The notes under the pieces were generated by a model, which was not told where the DNA came from, ran no database searches, and worked only from the letters and a program-made list of their open reading frames with translations. DNA of 17,903 nt from Amoeboradix gromovi X-113 (lineage: Eukaryota; Fungi; Sanchytriomycota), in the NCBI GenBank assembly GCA_018985225.1, contig JADGIF010000139.1, positions 1 through 17,903 on the forward strand, read 5' to 3'. A program made the position numbers and the translations under genes. Shown here in pieces: positions 15,756-17,903 of this stretch; positions within the stretch are counted from its first letter, which is position 1, and each line of letters begins with the position of its first letter.

Positions 15756-16247
15756 ATGACACAGGAGACTTTCTATTCGTTTACTGAAGTCCGATTATTT
15801 GGAGAAAGCATAGCGGTGGAGTTACCTGCATATTATTACAGTGTAGCGCAGGTAAGACAGATTCCTGACAACCAGGAGGTTTACGTATTTGAGAACGATT
15901 CTATTGTGATAGAACTTTTGGAATCCGCTGAAGGTAACACTGCAACATCTGCTATCAGCTTTCATTTTGACGTAATCAAAGAGGACAATGAAGCTACTGA
16001 AAGTAAAGCTGAACTAGTAGAAGAGATCTACGCTCCTATTCTTTCCAATGGAGGATTTGGTGCAGTACTAATGGGAAAACAAATTGTTAATGGCATAGAA
16101 ATAGACATGGGGATAACACTAATAAGATTAAACAATATAGAGACAGATATAGTTATTACTTGGCATTCCAAAAATGTTAATAGAAATGATCTTTTACATC
16201 TGGCAGAAACATTAAGAATTGAAAATTGGGGACTATTTCAAGATTAA
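15756..16247 (+). CDS. MOG1: Ran guanine nucleotide release factor Mog1
   Basis: LFG..I...LP, RQIPDNQEVY, SIVIELLE, HF..I.EDN, LIRL....TDIVIT, and I.NWGLF. Confidence 0.92.
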   Translation: MTQETFYSFTEVRLFGESIAVELPAYYYSVAQVRQIPDNQEVYVFENDSIVIELLESAEGNTATSAISFHFDVIKEDNEATESKAELVEEIYAPILSNGGFGAVLMGKQIVNGIEIDMGITLIRLNNIETDIVITWHSKNVNRNDLLHLAETLRIENWGLFQD

Positions 16248-16257
16248 ATCATTTATT
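16243..16257. terminator. back-to-back polyadenylation signals ATTAAA-tca-TTTATT overlapping the stops of convergent MOG1 and the acyltransferase
   Basis: Each hexamer contains the TAA stop of its gene. The same arrangement (AATAAA-tca-TTTATT) occurs at 12843-12857 at the CET1 end. Confidence 0.6.
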
Positions 16258-17650
16258 TCCACAAATTGTCAAAGTACTTCTTCGCTTTCTTTTCATATTC
16301 AAAATGCAACCAACTGGCTAGTCCACATTGTAGAGCCAAAATTAAAAAAACCTCGAAAAAATTCGTAACTTTTGATAATATATTGTAATGAATTAAAATA
16401 TCTAAAAAAACTAATGTTGAATGATGAGACAAATACAAAGCAAATGAAATCGATCCCAGAAATGTGAATAGCGGTAAACTTAAGAATCTTTTCACCAAGT
16501 AAGATTGGTTCAAAAAGAAAATCATTGCGGTTGCAAAATAAGTCATATTACGAGTCGTAACTTTGAATTGGGACTCGAACTGTCCATCACTGCTTACGAA
16601 CATCCAGAAGACACCATTAATCAAAAGAATAACAATTGCAATGTCACTTGCAATTTTGAATATGTTGCTTTTAATGTCAACCCAGCCAAATAACTTGTAT
16701 AAAAAGACGCCTATGAAAAATGAGTAAAAAATTGCCATGGATCTTGAGTTCCCTAGAATTTCATTGTCAATGGCAAAATATCCGAAATAGGCAAATAATT
16801 CGAATAAAAACAATGACCAGTAGATTGGCAAGTACCTGATAGAAACGAACATGAGAAGGTTCATTAAAAGCTCTACAGAAAGAGACCATGAAGGTCCATT
16901 ACAAACTGAAATAAACCCTGTAGGGTGAGGAATGAATGACCAAATGTGAGTTAAGGAGAAGCACTTTACGGTATCTGATACATTTAATTCTGGAATCTTT
17001 TCGGCTTTGAAATGTAAGATAAAGTAGGCTGAGAGAAGCGAATAAAAGCATTCCATAAGAATATGTAAAGGATAGAACCTTGTAAGTCTGTTCATTACCA
17101 AACTATATAAATCACTAGAACGTTTAGGATTCCAATAAACTTTGGCTAAAATGAAACCAGAGAGGACCACAAATACCTCTACCATTGTATATCCATACCA
17201 TTTAATTAGAAACGACAAACTACTCGAATTCGACTCTATATCATTGAAAAAAACGCTTTCAATGTATGACTCAGTGAAAAGATGATGTGAGGCTATTACA
17301 ATGCTAGCTATACCACGAATAGAGTCCAAGTGTAGTAGCCTCTCATCTGATGGAGTGGTAACTCCGAACAACAATTCGGAAAGTCTACCTCCAAGGATTC
17401 TTTCAGTTTTTTTAGCAACGTATATCCAGAGCCTCTGAAGTCTTGACCAATATCCTAAACTGGAATCGTACTCTATCAAAAACCAGCACGTTTTTCCAAG
17501 AGTTAATATAAGAGTAATCGTTGTGGGAATTTGGAACCAAATATAGAATATTAAGCTCATTATAGATTCTATAGTGAAGTACGCCAGAATATTTAATCGA
17601 GAGTACCTTTTTACCGCAGATCCGTCTAACGGGAGATATTCGAATGTCAT
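16253..17650 (-). CDS. membrane O-acyltransferase, Acyl_transf_3 (OafA/YrhL-like)
   Basis: LDSIRGIA......HH, VEVFVVLSGFIL, R..R.YP.H, NGPSWSLSVE, LG.ISFALYLSH, and EK near the C-terminus; many TM helices. Confidence 0.9.
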   Translation of the reverse strand: MTFEYLPLDGSAVKRYSRLNILAYFTIESIMSLIFYIWFQIPTTITLILTLGKTCWFLIEYDSSLGYWSRLQRLWIYVAKKTERILGGRLSELLFGVTTPSDERLLHLDSIRGIASIVIASHHLFTESYIESVFFNDIESNSSSLSFLIKWYGYTMVEVFVVLSGFILAKVYWNPKRSSDLYSLVMNRLTRFYPLHILMECFYSLLSAYFILHFKAEKIPELNVSDTVKCFSLTHIWSFIPHPTGFISVCNGPSWSLSVELLMNLLMFVSIRYLPIYWSLFLFELFAYFGYFAIDNEILGNSRSMAIFYSFFIGVFLYKLFGWVDIKSNIFKIASDIAIVILLINGVFWMFVSSDGQFESQFKVTTRNMTYFATAMIFFLNQSYLVKRFLSLPLFTFLGSISFALYLSHHSTLVFLDILIHYNILSKVTNFFEVFLILALQCGLASWLHFEYEKKAKKYFDNLWK

Positions 17651-17903
17651 GATAATTTGATCTCAAACTCCTTTTTGTAGAAACCCACAATGAGTTGATT
17701 GGACAGTTTGTTCTGTTGAGAGCCAAAATTGGCAATTCAGACCTGTGAAGTACTACTTTAGGTTTTCCGCTTTTGCTTCACAACGCTTTGAGAAATAATT
17801 GTAGGAAATATTGTGTTACAAGTAAACACTTAAATGAACATGCTCCACTTGAGCAGATAGCACTCTGCTTTTGAAGAACATTGCCCATACAACAAGATCA
17901 CGA

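Noticed and set aside
17651-17903. Terminal non-coding stretch as a further element copy
   Set aside because: No scaffold or motif match was recognised, and the stretch is truncated by the window.

Overview
Eukaryotic, AT-rich, extremely compact genomic DNA in the standard genetic code. The gene set points to a fungal-lineage (Holomycota) organism with a reduced genome: it has a Cet1-type RNA triphosphatase, a CE4-like protein and mitochondrial MSS1 and MIC10. An early-diverging fungus such as a sanchytrid is a guess, not a demonstration. Eleven recognisable genes are packed almost end to end: MSS1, alkaline ceramidase, a catalytically degenerate CE4 deacetylase, MIC10, POL2, FUR1/UPRT, CET1, an ASA1-like WD40 protein, SLD5, MOG1 and an OafA-like acyltransferase. 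Most of the longer gene-free gaps contain relics of RNA-guided-nuclease transposons. There are four dispersed copies (1-~185, 10334-10865, 11874-11291 minus, ~14170-14420) of an internally deleted IS607-like element. The fullest copies carry a TnpA HTH fragment, a Fanzor/TnpB Zn-finger plus DRD..AARNI C-terminus, and a conserved, covarying omega-RNA-like scaffold. Separate Fanzor1-like fragments lie directly downstream of the scaffold and at ~2555-2830. No intact Fanzor or transposase lies inside the window. Other notable points are a 19-nt spliceosomal intron in UPRT, AATAAA signals fused to most stop codons, and divergent ATGs only 6 nt apart. All alignments and translations outside the ORF track were done by hand.
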